Assembly (NCBI GenBank): GCA_963514005.1
Contig: OY740796.1
Span: 20,832,001 to 20,896,000, forward strand
DNA length: 64,000 bases
Direction of reading: 5' to 3'
Origin: Raja brachyura
Taxonomy: Eukaryota
Shown here: in pieces, positions 13,357 to 26,592 of the stretch
How positions within the stretch are numbered: position 1 is the stretch's first letter
How the letters are laid out: each line of letters opens with the position of its first letter
Translations under genes and position numbers: made by a program
Notes under the pieces: model-generated
The model's input: the letters and a program-made list of their open reading frames with translations, nothing else
Database searches by the model: none
What the model was told of the DNA's origin: nothing

Positions 13357-16300
13357 GTAACCATTCAAGTGTTGTGCACTTTAAACAACGTGAATGTAAT
13401 AATTCAATTAATCTCTTTCATCGAACAAACGGTCCAGTCTTATTCTAAAGATAGACACAAAATGCTGGAGTAACTCAGCGTGATGTAGGTCTCCAGCATT
13501 TTGTGTCTATCTTCAGTTTAAACCAGCATCTGCAGTTCCTTCCAACAGACTTACGTTGCCCATCTCCTTCGCTCCATAGATGCTGCTGCACCCGCTGAGT
13601 TTCTCCAGTATTTTGTGTACCCTCGATTTTCCAGCATCTGCAGTTCCTTCTTTAAGACTTATTTTAACCCTGTTTGGAAGGGCTGCTTGCTCTAATGACA
13701 CTATAAACAGAATGATGTTAGTTTAAACAAAGTTTGTTTGAACAAAGTTACAGTGGGTAGCGTTTTCAAGTCAGAAAGTTGTGGTAATGGCTTATTATTG
13801 TCACGTGTAATGAGATACCGTGAAAATCTTTGCATGCTGTCCAGTCAAATCATGCTAAATCAATCAATCAAGTCATCCAAGCACAAGTAATACAAAGAGA
13901 AAATGACCACCATGCGGAATATACAGTATTTATAGTTACAGAGAAAGTGCAAATAAAATAAAATGCAAGGGTCACAATGAGGTAGGTTGGGAGATTGGAT
14001 TGCACTCTTGCAATGGGAGGACCATTCAGTAGCCTGTGGGAAGAAGTTGTTCCTGAATCTGGTAGCACGTGCTTTCGAACTTTTGTATCTTCTGCCTGAT
14101 GGGAGAGGGGAGATGGGGGAACATCTAGGGTGTAAATGTAATTTATGTTGGCTACTCTAGGGAGGCAACGTGAAGTGTCGATGAAGGGGAGGCTGGTTTG
14201 GATGATGCTCTACATCCACAACTGTCTGCAATTTCTACTCCAGATACTTGAGTGTATTAACATCCCGTTAATATAAAATGTTATATAATAATGATCATGC
14301 TGCTGAGTTGGAGGTGCTCTCTGTTCGCCCAAGGCCTTTGCTAATGTCTCACGGGGAAATAAAAGAAACCTTGGCACTGAGTGCTTCTCGGTGTCAAAAA
14401 CAATATTTGTATGTCAACCATTCCAGAGAATCCAAGGTCGTCTGAAGAAGGGTTTCGGCCCGAAATGTTGCCTATTTCCTTCGCTCCCTAGATGCTGCTG
14501 CACCCGCTGACTTTCTCCAGCACTTTTGTCCACCCAAGATCATCTAGTCATTTTTCTCTTTTGGAGACACAAGATGCTGGAATCTGGAGCAAACAACAAC
14601 CTGTTAGAGGAAAGTAGCAAGTCAGGCAGCACCTGTTGAGGAAAATGCACAAATGTTGTTTTGGGTCCGGACCCTTCACTTAGATCGAAGTTGGCTGAAG
14701 GGACCAAATACCATATTTGACAGGGTTTATGCAGGAAGAACCGCGGCCTTCAGGGCGAGAGCTGCCGAGCCGGCCACTGGTCGGAGAACCCAGCGGACCT
14801 TGGCCTGCACGGAGAGAGCTGCGGAGCCCGCCCCAGCTCATCCCCGAAGACCAGAGGGACTGGAAGGATGTAGCCAATGATGATGACAATGATGGACGTG
14901 ACGGGCGAGGAGCGAGGCCGGTAGGAGAGGAGAGTGAACCGGGGTCTGGCCTCTCATGCCCTTGAAGTTGGCCGCGGGTGGCGTCCCCGAGGCACAAAGG
15001 TGGACGGGCGAGGAGAGGGACCTGGCATCCAAGGTAGGCGATGGTTGGATGCCCTGCAGCAGCCTGGGGCTCGCCTGGAACATAAGAACTAGAGCGTGGA
15101 CTGGATGTCTAAATGATGTCAAAACATGGTGCCATTTGCATGTAGGCTCAGTAGACTATTTCTGTACACTTGCTAATCGAGACTGTGCTGAGGAATGGCC
15201 AGACAGTGCTAGACTATATGTTTAGATTTATTAGTGTCACGTGCTCCAAGGTACAGTGGAAAACTTGGTTTTGCATGCCATCCATACAGATCAAGTATGC
15301 CCTATATGGGTTGATGATAGTACGCAACTAGGTGGGATTGTGAGGTTATATTCTTGGAAGGATATTTGGTGCCTTCAAGGAGATGTAGACTGGTGGCAAG
15401 AACAAGACAGTGGTATGAGTCGGTGGTAATAACAAGACAGATGGAATATAATTTAAGATCATCCGTTTTATTGCAGTTAAGTAGAGTATTTCTTACATGA
15501 GGAGAGATTGGTTAGTGTGCACAAGTCAAAAATGTCACGCTCAGATGCAGCAAGCGGTTTAGGAGGGTAATTAGCCTTTTGCAAAAGGGTTTGATTATTG
15601 TAAGGTAGACGTCCTGGAATTGTCTCATCGGGCTTTGAGACTAGGCATGGGAAATTTAATCTCCTTTTCTAAGAAATGGATGTGCTTGCCTTGGGGAGAA
15701 TGCAAGGAATAGTCACTAGGCAGTACAGTGGTGCAGTGGTAGAGCTATTGCCTTACAGCGCCAAAGACTCGGGTTCGATCCTGACTACGGGTGCTGTCTT
15801 TATGGAGTTTGTACATTCTCCCTGCGGTGGTGTAGGTTTTCTCGTGATTATCTGATTTTGTCCCAACTTAGCAGGCCAGGCAGCATCTCTGGAGAAAAAG
15901 GATGGGTATGTTTTGGGTTGGGACCTTTTTTCAGACTCGAAACGTCACCCATCCTGTATTGAAAGAGTTAATCGCTATTGGCTAGGGTTACCTTGCATGA
16001 TGGAATACTTGGCCATTTCTGTATTCTTGCTTAAATGCCTATGTAGCTTTAAAACTGCTGACCGAGGAAATATACTGCTGACTCATGTAGTTGAAAATTG
16101 AAATACTGCTGGTGCCTCGTATGGAGGTAACTGATCAAATACTGCAGACATGTGGATGTGAGCGAAACTTGCAATCTTTGGACTAACCACCGAACAGAAT
16201 ATGCCTGGGATAAGCAAGCTAGAGAACGGCAGTTGACTGAGCTGACGTACATAGATCACGGCTCCTCCGAAGATAAGAAAACAGTCGTTGAAACAGATGT

Positions 16301-19300
16301 CAGCAGTTGTTCCTTGCAAATACTCCTCGGCAGTAGTTTTTGGAAGAATGACGAAGGCATTTACTTGACTTTATAAGTGTATATAAGAAATTATAAAACA
16401 TTGTATCTTTGAATGGCTGCTCAGGGGCCACTGAGTATATTGGCACTAGTCCCTGCCACACCCGTCATGAAGAAATTAGTAAAGGGCCTGTCCCACCAGC
16501 ATGCAACTCTATGTGATGAGCGCGACCTAACGTGGTCGCTTGAGCCGTCCGGCGTCGTGGGGCCGGTCCCACTTCGATCGCCGGAGCCTTGCGGAATTGT
16601 GCGGAGTTCGTCCCGACATTGCGTGGGGCTCCGAAAAACTGACTATGTTCAAAAATTCCGCGCGGCAACGGGTTGTCGGCTCGCTGTCGCCTCGACGCAT
16701 TACACACCGCCTCAACATCGTGCCTCCGTGACCCTCTCTGTAGGTGCCTCCGTGACCCTCTATGTGTGTGGCTCCGTGGCCCTCTGTGTGTGTGCCACTG
16801 TGCCCCTCTCTGTGTGCCCCTCTCTGTCCTGGCGAGCTTACCTTTAAGACTTCGCTCCATGTTCGCCTCACTTTGCGCCGCGTTGCACCACTCACCCGAC
16901 CTCCGCGCGGCCCTCGCTGCCGGTTTGGTCGTGCTTGCCGCATGCAGGCGCATGCTGGTTGGAACGGCCCTGTACAGGGGATCACCCGACCTCCGCGCGG
17001 CCCCCGCTTCTAGTTTGATCGTGCTCATCGCATGGAGTCGGATGCTGGTAGGACAGGCCCTTAAAGCTTGGCATGGTTTACCTTTAACCCTTTGTGTAAT
17101 TGTCTGTATTAAAAAGTGGACTTTACCAGTATCTCCAGAGTTACTCAAGCATTTTGTGTCAACTTTTGGCATAAACTGTGATCCGCTCGTGTGTAATCAT
17201 GTTTTGTCTTTCCGCTAACTGGTTAACACGCAACAAAAAGCTTTTCACTGTACCTCGGTGCACGCGACACTAAACTAGCATCTGCAATTTCTTGCTTCCA
17301 CATGTTTGTAGGTTAATTGGCTTCTGTAAATTGTCCCTAGTGTGTAGGATAGTGCTGGTGTATGGGGTGATCGCTGGTAGGCATGGACTTGATGGGACGA
17401 AGGGCCTGATTCCACACTGTATCTGTAAAGTATTTGTCAGGCTGCCAGTTGATTTGTTGCCTTCTCTGTTGACAGGTGAAGGTGCCGGAGTCTCGCTCCA
17501 CTTTTTGAACCCTACGAGCGGCCGCGGCGAGAAGCGCATTGGCGACGTGTTGAAGAACTACCGCGTCCACGGCATCGAGACACGAGGCGGCAGCGGCGGG
17601 TCGGAGCCCACCGTGCTGGCAGTGTACGGCGGGAAGGGAGTGGCCGTGATTGAGCTGGACGCTGGGGGCGAGGAACCGGAGCTGCGGCGGGTGGGACCGC
17701 TGTATGAGCTCCACGACTGGATCTGGGACCTGCGGTGGCTGCAGGCTGACGAGCAGCCCGCCGGGCACTTGGCCCTGGCCCTCGGGCACAACTCGGTGGT
17801 GCTGTGCGACTACTGGGCGCAGAGGACCCTGCGGGAGGTGCACTGCGAGGAGAAGTGCATCCTCTACTCTGCCCACTTTGTGGGAGGCTGCTGGGACGAG
17901 CTGGTGCTGGTGTCGGGCACCGTCTTCAACCAGCTGGTGCTGTGGCAGATGGAAGGGCCGCTGGACGAGCAGGGCATGGTGCGGGCGGGCAGGAGGATCA
18001 GTGGCCACAGCGGGGTCATCTTCAGCATCGACTACAGGCAGGAGAGTGGTGTGCTGGCCTCGGCCTCGGACGACAGGAGTGTGGGACTGTGGAGGGTCGG
18101 GGATCTGGGCCGAGGGGCGGAGGGAGAGACGCAGTGCCTGCTGCGGCTGTACGGACACCAGTCCAGGGTGTGGCGGGTGTGGCTGCTGGAGGACTTTGTG
18201 GTCAGCGCCGGCGAAGACTCCGCCTGTCTGCTGTGGACTTACAGCGGGGAGGTGGCGCGCAGCTTCCGGGGGCACCGAGGCAGCCTGAGAGCGCTGGCGG
18301 TCAGTGAAGACCAACAACGGGTGGCAACAGGAGGCGAGGATTCGGCGATCAGGCTGTGGAAGATCGGGGACGAGGAGCCTGAGGATGTGTCTGTAATTCG
18401 ACTCCAGTTGGGCGAGGCAGAGGGTGTGGGCAGCCCTAAAGCATTGGCATCGGTCGACCCGACCCTAGTGTTGGTCATGACTGATTCTGGCGGTGTCTAC
18501 AGTTGCTGCCTGGTCTCTGGCAGGTGGAAGCTCCTGTTGGAAGACCAGGCCTACCGATCCTACGGCCTGCTCTCCGCCACCGCGCTGCCAAGCGGCTCGG
18601 TTCTCTGCGCCTTGGGTAATATCCAAGGCTGCCTCAAGATCTTCCCAGTTTTCCAGCCGGAGCTGGCAGTGGAGCGGCGGGAGCACCGGGGGAAGGTGCA
18701 TAGTCTGAGCTGGGCCTCGCTGGACGGGCAAGGCCCGGACCAATGCAACCTGTTCTCCTCTGGACCCGAGGGGGAGATGTTGTGGTGGGAGGTGAGCTGG
18801 GCCCAGGACAGGCTGAGCTGGGTGGGCAGAGGGCGTTTCCTCCTGCCCGCCTGCAAGCACCGGTGGCACACCTGTGCCGCCTTCGCGCCGGGCCTGCCCT
18901 ACCTGGCGTGCGGCGACCGCCGGGGCTCGCTGCTGCTCTACTCGACCGATGAAGGTTCCGAGCCCGTCTCCGAGCTGCCAGGGCTGCACGGCAAGTCAGG
19001 GGTGACCTCGGTGATGTTCCATGGCGGCTTGTTGCACAGCAGTGGGCGGGACGGCTTCTGCCGCCGACTGAGGGTGGAGGCCGGGCGGCTGGGCCTACTG
19101 CGGTGCCAGCGGGCCTGCGGCTGGGTGGAGCGCCTGCTGCCCTGGGAGCCCGGCGACCGCGACGGTCCCCTCCTAGGCATCGGTTTCCGAGCTGCTGACT
19201 TCGTGGCCTGGGGGCTGGAGTCGGAGCAGCGGCCCGTATTACGAGTGCCCTGTGGCGGCGGGCACCGCTCCTGGTGTTTCAGTGGCTCGGTATCCCCTGC

Positions 19301-22300
19301 CGGCCTCGGCCTCTTCGCCTACATCAAGTCGGGCGGCGTCTACGCCTGCCGGTGGCGGGGGAGAAGGGAGGCCGGGGCGATGGTGAAGGAGGGGGCGCAC
19401 GGCCGGGACATCACCAGCGTCAGGCTGCTGGGCAGGCCTGAGGCCTACACCAGCGTGCTGGCAACGGCCAGCGAGGACACCTCCGTCAACGTGCTGGCCC
19501 TCCACCAGGCCTCGGGCCGGCTGAGCAAGCTGACCCACATCTCCGACCACCTCTCCAGCGTCAGGGCCATGGCCGTGGTCAGAGGCCCAGGCCCCTCGGC
19601 CTTGCTCTTCACCGCCGGAGGCCGGTCCCAGCTACGGTGCAGCCGCCTGCTCTTCGGGCCCGAGGACACCAACAGCGGCCTGAGTTGCCGGGTGGAGCAG
19701 TTGGGATCCCACAGGCTGTCCGAGGATTGGGAGCGGAGGAAGAACCGGCACAGGATGCTGAAGATGGACCCAGAGACCAGGTAAATCTCTCTTCTCTCTG
19801 TTGGCCTCTACTTTGGCTGCGCTCAAAGTCATGCAGCATGGGAACAGTCCCACCATGTTTTTTTCACTAATACTATATCGGACTGTGATGTTATTTCTGT
19901 AATTAATAGTTTTTTATTGGAGGGGAAAAAAATAAAATAAAAATTCCCAGTACATCTGATGTATGGCATTACATTTTCCTCCATTTTGTTTTTTATAAAT
20001 AATAATAATAATATAAACAAAATAACCCTAACCCACCCTCCCTAAACACCCCTTGGCAGCTTATTTTTTCACAATCCAAATATATCACAAAATCAAATGC
20101 ACTTTTTAACAATCATAAAGTAACAAAACAGAATAAAGGCAGATCCCCACTTAATGTCAAGTGCCCTCAGTCAATAGGTAGTTCCTTTAGACCCTCAAAG
20201 TATGATAAAAAGGGTTCCCATTTCAAATAAAACTTTTTCACAGACCCCCTCAATGTGAATTTAATCTTTTCTAACCTTAAAAAAAAAACATGACGTCTTC
20301 CAGCCAAGCAGCGGCAGATGGAGGAGTGTTAGATTTCCAGACCAGCAAGATTCTCCTACGGGCCAAAAGTGATGTAAATGTAATGATATCAAACTGGGTT
20401 GTATTTAAACCCAAGGTTTTATCTGTTACACCAAATACAGCTACAAGCGGACAAGGTCTCACTGTCATCCCAAGGACTTCACTTGATGTTATTTCTTTGG
20501 GCGCACAGCGGCGCAGTGGTAAAGTTCATATGATAGGAGCAGAATTAGGCCATTCGGCCCATCAATTCTACTCACCCTGTCAATCATGGCTGATCTACCT
20601 CTCCTAACTCAATTTTCCTGCCTCTAACCCCTGACACTTTTACTAATCAAGAATCTATCCATCTCTGCTGTAGAAATATCCATTGACTTGGCCGTCTACA
20701 GCCTTCTGTGGCAATAAATTCCACAGATTCACCACCCTCTGACTAAAGAAATTCCTCCTCATCTACTTCCTAAAGGAACGTCCTCTAATTCTGAGGCTAT
20801 AATCTCTGTCCCTAGACTCCTAATAGTGGAAACATCCTCTCCTCATCCACCCTATCCATGCCTTTCACTATTTGTCCAGTTGCTGCCTTACAGTGCCAGA
20901 GACCCGAGTTCAATCTTGACTACCAGTGCTGTCTTTATGGAGTTTGTACGTTCTCCCCGTGACCGTGTGTGTTTCCTCTTCTGGGAAGTGCATGCCAAGA
21001 TTTGCCACGCTCCTGTGCCATGTTGGGTGGTTTTTGAAGCAGTCTCTACAGTTAATGGATTTGTGGGTTAATCTGCCTGCTCTGTCACCTTTCACATCTC
21101 TCCTTCAGGTACATGTCCATTGTGGTGGTGGACGGCGGGATGGATTCTGAAGGGAACCCTCACTCCTCATGGCATTTCCTGGCGGCAGCTTGCAGTGACG
21201 GAGCTGTGAGGTGAGCCATCTCTTCATCAGGGCAAAACTCACAGTGCTGGAGAAACTCAGCATCCATGGAGCTACTGGGCAGGTGACGTCTGAGTTAGGA
21301 GCCTATTTCAGACTTCTGAAGAAGTTTATGAGTTCCTCCAGCACTATTGTGTTTTGTAACTGCAGTCACTTGTGTCTCCTCTTTAACTGGGAACTCCATT
21401 TACATTATAATGGGCCTCTGTAAATTGCCCCTAGTGTGTAACTGGTGGATGCAAAAGAGGTCCAAAGGGCCTCTTCCCACACTTTACATCTCTGACGGGA
21501 AAAGACGAGAGAGAGAGAGGGAGAGAGAGAGAGAGAGAGACTCCCTCCACAGACCTGCATAATTGCCATGTGGAATTTAATAGCTGCCGATTCATGAAAA
21601 AAACAGTTTCTCCTCCATTGACCTCGTGTGTTTTTCTTGGGAAGGAGATTCAGTGACTATACAGTGGACATTGCGGGTAGAAGTCTGTTAACTATCAAAA
21701 AGGCAGACAAAATAGCAATGGTCCGTCAAAGGCGGCTCCCGGGTCCGATCCTGAGCTCAAGATGCTCAGTTAGTTCGCATGTTCTCCCTGTAACCCACAT
21801 CTCCCACATCCCAAGGACGTGCAGGTTTGTAGGTTAATTGGCCCCAGTAAAATTGGTCCTAGTGTGTAGGGACTGGATGACAAAGGTGGGATAACACAGA
21901 ACTAGTGTGAACGGGTGATCGATACTCGGCATGGATTCCGTGGGCCAAAAGGCCCGTTTCTATGCTGTACCTCTAAACTTAAATATAAAGTGTGTGGATA
22001 GAAGTCTGTCTAATATCCTGCCCACACATAAATGGTTTGTCTAAAACTTATTAATGTGTCCTTAACTGAAAAGGCAGAGCCAGGCCATCTTGCTGATCCG
22101 TTGCATTTCTAACGTTCATTGCAATTGTTTTTGCTGCGTAGACTCTTTATCATTGACGAGAGTGAGAAGAAGATCCTGCTGCTTGCCGAGTCCTTTTACC
22201 ACCAGCGGTGTGTGCTGAAGCTGCAAACCTTCACACACCAGCCGGCCTCCGGAAGCCAGTGAGTGTCTAATTGGGGGGTTTAGATGCTTAGTTTAGTTTA

Positions 22301-25300
22301 ACTTGGTTTATTATTATAGTCACGTGTGAAAAGCTTTATTGTTGTGTGCTATCAAATCAGTGGAAATGCTATAAATGATTAGTGGCAGCACAGTGGCGCA
22401 GCGGTAGAGTTGCTGCCTCACAGCACCAGAGACCCGGGTTGGATCCAGGCTGCGGGTGCTGCCTGTATGGAGTGCACTAGTTTCTTCTCACACTCCAAAG
22501 ACGTACAGGTTTGTAGGTTAATTGGCTTTGGTAAAATCGTAAATTGTCCCTAGTGTGTAGGATAATGCCAAGGTGTGGGATGTTTATTGGTCGGTGCAGA
22601 CTCGGTGGGCTGAAGGGCCTGTTTTCACGCTGCATCTCCAAAGTCTAAAATCTAAAGATTCCAATCAGGCCATCCGCAGTGTGCAAATACAGGATGAAGG
22701 GAATTACATTTAGTGCAAGATAAAGTCCAGTAATGTCTGATTCAAGATAGTTTGTAGGTTTCCAATGGGGTAGATGATGGTTCAGAACCCCTTTCTGGTT
22801 GGTAATAGGCTGGTCAGTTGCCTGATAACAACTTTGGCCCACAATGTCTGTGCTGAACTTGTTGCCTACATAAACAAATCCATACAACCCATATCCCCCC
22901 CATTCCCTGCATTTCCATGTTCCTATCTAAAAGCCTCAATAATGTCACTATCATTTCTAGCTCCTCCACTACCCATGGCAGCGTGTTCCAGGCACTCACC
23001 ACCCTCTGTGTAAAACTCGCCCCATACATCTCCCTTAAACTTTGCCCCTCACACCTTATGTTCTCTAGTCTTTGACATTTTCCACGATGAGAAAAAGGTT
23101 CTGACTGTCTACCCTTCTTCTGTTTCTCTCCCTGCCACATTGTATGCTGAAGGGCCTGTTCATGTGCTGTACTCTTCCAAGCGCTACCTTCCGATGGCAT
23201 TCCTTCTATCCCCCCCCTCTCTGTACTTCCATTGCTCTTCTCTCTCACCTCCCTTCTAATTCATTCCCAGTTGAACACCTTACTCACACAGGTTTGCAGA
23301 AGAATATTCATTGCTTTTTATTTTGGCAAAGCTGTTAGTACGTGACCGGAAATTGGTATTCATAAGTTGGAACAAGTAAATCACATGCTGTCTCGTTGCC
23401 TGTAGGGTGGTGTTCCTGTGCAGCGCTGCCACAGATGGAAGGATTGCACTTTGGAACATCTCGGGGATAATTGAGACGGCCAAAGCTGCAGATATTCGCC
23501 AGGAGAGAACTCGCCAACCTTTGGGTACGTCCCGCGGAGCTCGGGAAAGCTCCAGGTCCTTGGCAGAGTGTCACACCGGCCTTGCTACGTTACGCCTGAT
23601 CCAGGCCTTTACAACACACAGCTGAGCAAAGCCTCAGTCCATTACATGGTACAGCACAGGAACAGTCCCTTCGACCCACAACGTCCGTGCCGAACATGAT
23701 GCCAGGATAAACTAATCTCCTCTGCCTGCACAGATGGTTATGTAAGCAGACAAATAAGAAAGTCACTACTGCAGATGTTGAAGTTATTTGCTTAATTTCA
23801 AGATCTCACCAATGTTAATGCACAGATTGTGGAATGGGAGGCTGCAAACATTATTGCATAACTTCAGCATGTGCCATAGTGCTTTGCAGCCAACAAACTC
23901 CAAGTCCACCATCAATTTTTCGGCACCTTTGGTTCGAGAGCCTTTCTGGATTATCCGTTTTACCGGACTAACAGAGGTCACGGTTTCTGAGAGGAGGCCA
24001 ACTGTACGGGAACAGTCCGCCGGGGCCGCCGAAGGACCAAGATAGTCGGCCCCAGAAGTCATCTGTGGCAATCCATCTGCCGGAGTCTCAGTGGCCTGGG
24101 GGCGGGGGGCATATTCCACTTGCCGATTGGCCGCGGAAGTCGCGATTAGGTAGGGATCTGGCACTTCACACGGCCTAGGCAGCACATTACATGGCACCAC
24201 ACGTGACAATTATAAGCTACACAATTTTTCTCTCTCTCTGGTTGCTGCCCGACCTGCTGCGTATTTCCTGCATTTTCTGGTTTTATTTTTTTTATGAGAC
24301 AGAGGCCAAGGTACACAATAAGCACAATGGCAGATTTCAGTCAGAGAACGTAGACGTGTACAGCACAGGAACAGGTCCTTTGGCCCGCCGTGGAGATCTT
24401 GATTGTACTTGTGTATAGTTTTGTTTTTTAATTTAGAGATACAGCGCGGAAACAGTCCCTTCAGCCCACCGACTCCGCACTGACCAACAATCCCCGCACA
24501 TTAACATTATCCCACAGACTAGGGACAATTTACTATTTTTAACGAAGCCAAATTAACCTACAAACCTCTACATCGTTGGAGTGTGGGAGGAAACCGGAGC
24601 ACCAAGCGGTCACAGTGAGTATGTACAAACTCCATATAGATAACACCCGTAGTCAGGATTGAACCCGGCTCTCTGACACTAAGGCAGCAACTCTACCGCT
24701 GTGCCACCTTGCTGCCCCATAGTCTTTCTGCGGACTGGATAGCTTACACCAAAAACCTTTTTCACTGTACCTTGTTACTCATGACAAAAATAAACTAAAG
24801 AAACATAGAACATAGGTGCAGGAGAAGGCCCTTCGAGCCAGCACCACCATTCATTGTGATCATGGCTGATCGTCCCCAATCAATAACGCATGCCAGCCTT
24901 CTCCCCATGTCCCTTGATTTCACTAGCCCCTGGAGCTCTATCTAACTCTCTCTTAAATCCATCCAGTGATTTGGCTTCCACTGCCCGCTGTGGCAGCGAA
25001 TTCCACAAATTCACAACTCTGGATGAAAAAGTTTTTTCTCACCTCAGTCTTGAATGGCCTCCCCTTTATTCTAAAGAATGTTGACTGGGACTCCTCCTGT
25101 GTTTGTTGCAGAGCTGGGATCACCCTGCCTGGTGTTTGTGGCCCATCAGTGCGGCGTGAACGGGCTGGACGTCAGGTCCCTGGACGATGGGCGATTCCTC
25201 CTGGCCAGCGGTGGTGATGACAACGCTGTCCGTATCTGGGTGATCTGCATTACTCCACGGGCGGGGCAGGACGGCCCGCTGTCCCCCAGCTCGAGCGAAC

Positions 25301-25752
25301 GGCAGGAGGAGACGGGAAGCGGGAGCCGCGAGGACCGAGGGGACGAGGATGACGAGGACTCGAGGGACTGGAGTGATCTGGGGGTGGTGGCGGACGGCTG
25401 GAGCTCGGACGGCGGACTTGCCCTGCGGGTGCTGAAGGGGCCCAGCGCGGAGAGCGCCCACGCAGCCCACGTGACCGGCCTGAGGTTCCTGAGCTCGCGG
25501 ATGCTGGTCTCTGCCTCCATTGACCAGCGACTGACCCATTGGGCTCTGAGCAGCCGCTGCCTCACACTGATACATAGCAGGTGGTGTCAAGTGGCTGATA
25601 TCGCCGAGCTCGAGAGCTGGGAGGGGCACCCCGCGGGCACACACCTCTTCGCCCTCTGTGGTGACGGCCTGCAGGTCCTGAAGAGCTGGCAAGCGGGAAA
25701 TGACAGCCCGGCTCCAGAGACGGACAGCACAGACGCCAGAAGTCCGAGATAA
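13284..25752 (+). CDS. WDR6: WD repeat-containing protein 6 (Trm734 orthologue, FTSJ1 partner); 6 coding exons, ~1118 aa
   Basis: Exons 13284-13356, 17476-19780, 21109-21210, 22142-22258, 23406-23524, 25112-25752. All introns GT-AG, phases consistent, total 3357 nt. WD40 repeats (GHSGVIFSI..LASASDDRSVGLW, GHQSRVW, CGGGHRSW, DPETRYMS, AAACSDGAVR) and one very large exon 2, as in human WDR6. Confidence 0.94.
16483..17061. mobile_element. PIF/Harbinger-type MITE in WDR6 intron 1
   Basis: ~50-bp imperfect TIRs (AGGGCCTGTCCCACCAGCAT... / ...ATGCTGGTAGGACAGGCCCT), TAA TSD on both sides, internal ~24-bp tandem repeat. Confidence 0.8.
17476..19780 (+). CDS. WDR6: WDR6 coding exon 2 (2305 nt, GC-rich, multiple WD40 repeats)
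   Basis: Within the 830-aa ORF 17292-19784; acceptor ttgacag|, donor ACCAG|gtaaat. Confidence 0.95.
19930..20495 (-). mobile_element. L1/Tx1-type LINE 3' fragment
   Basis: LLARRRILLVWKSNTPPS...WL C-terminal motif followed by an AT-rich 3'UTR. Confidence 0.65.
21109..21210 (+). CDS. WDR6: WDR6 coding exon 3
   Basis: ccttcag| YMSIVVVDGG...FLAAACSDGAVR |gtgag; phase 2/2. Confidence 0.9.
21507..21540. repeat. (GA)n microsatellite
   Basis: Seen directly. Confidence 0.9.
22142..22258 (+). CDS. WDR6: WDR6 coding exon 4
   Basis: cgtag| LFIIDESEKKILLLAESFYHQRCVLKLQTFTHQPASGS |gtgagt. Confidence 0.9.
23406..23524 (+). CDS. WDR6: WDR6 coding exon 5
   Basis: tgtag| VVFLCSAATDGRIALWNIS...RQPL G|gtacgt. 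Confidence 0.88.
25112..25752 (+). CDS. WDR6: WDR6 terminal coding exon
   Basis: ttgcag| LGSPCLVFVAHQCGVNGL...LASGGDDNAV...AHAAHVTGL...SASIDQRLTHW...CGDGLQV...TAA. Confidence 0.92.
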
Positions 25753-25960
25753 AATGCTTAACATGCAGCAGGTCGGGTGGCATCTGCGGGGAAGGGAACA
25801 GAGCTGACGATTCTGAATGCTACAAGGCACCAGTGATTTACCAGCGCCTCGACTACCCAAAAAAATACTGCTGATGCTGGACATCAGAAATAATGACAGA
25901 AGATGCTGGAAAGTCTCAGCAGGTTAGGCAGCTTGTGCTAAATCCATTACCGATTTAACA

Positions 25961-26592
25961 ATTCAAGTCAAGTCACTTTTATTTATATATCATATTTAAA
26001 AAACAACTCTCGTTGGCCAAAGTGCTTTACATTGGTATAAAAATAGTATAACAAACAACAGTGGTTCATAGATTAAATACACACATCACTACATACATCT
26101 AGCCCTCGCTCAGAGGACGTCAGGAAAGACTTGGGAGTAGAGATGAGCTTTTAGTCTCCACTTAAAGGAGTCGATGGAGGGGGCATGGGAAGAGGGATGC
26201 TGTTCCACAGTCTAGGAGCTGCAACCGCAAAGGCTCGGTCGCCCCTGAGTTTATGCCTAGACCGCGGGACATTCAGCAACCCCAAGTCGGTCGATCTGAG
26301 GGACCTGGAGGGTGGGTGAGCAGGCTTTTCATGTAGGTGGGGGCAAGCCCATTGAGGGCTTTGTAGACATAAAGGAGGATCTTGAAATGTATTCGGAACC
26401 GCACAGGGAGCCAGTGGAGAGAGGCCAGGATCGGGGTGATGTGGTCCCTTTTTCGGGTGCCCGTCAGGAGTCTCGCTGCGGCGTTTTGGACCAGTTGCAG
26501 GCGGGACAGGGATGATTGGCTGATGCCAGTGTAAACTAGGCAGGAGGAGATAATTGCAGTAACCTAGGCGGGAGGAGATAAATGTGTGGGTG
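25961..26592 (-). mobile_element. L2 LINE 3' fragment
   Basis: HTFISSRLGYCN.LL ... RSLRS ... GDRAFAVAAPRLWNSIP; short (gactt)n tail. Confidence 0.85.

Noticed and set aside
14680-15200. GC-rich segment with several short ORFs in WDR6 intron 1
   Set aside because: No consistent splice signals or protein motifs; probably an unclassified repeat fragment that I cannot assign.
16413-17218. ORFs of 144-235 aa
   Set aside because: They arise from a GC-rich MITE with tandem repeats; no domain signal.
17292-17475. N-terminal 61 aa of the 830-aa ORF as part of WDR6
   Set aside because: It is SINE sequence upstream of the splice acceptor at 17475; the real N-terminus comes from exon 13284-13356.
17337-19856. 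Long antisense and alternate-frame ORFs over WDR6 exon 2 (likewise 25120-25884 over the last exon)
   Set aside because: Expected shadows of GC-rich coding sequence; no recognisable motifs.
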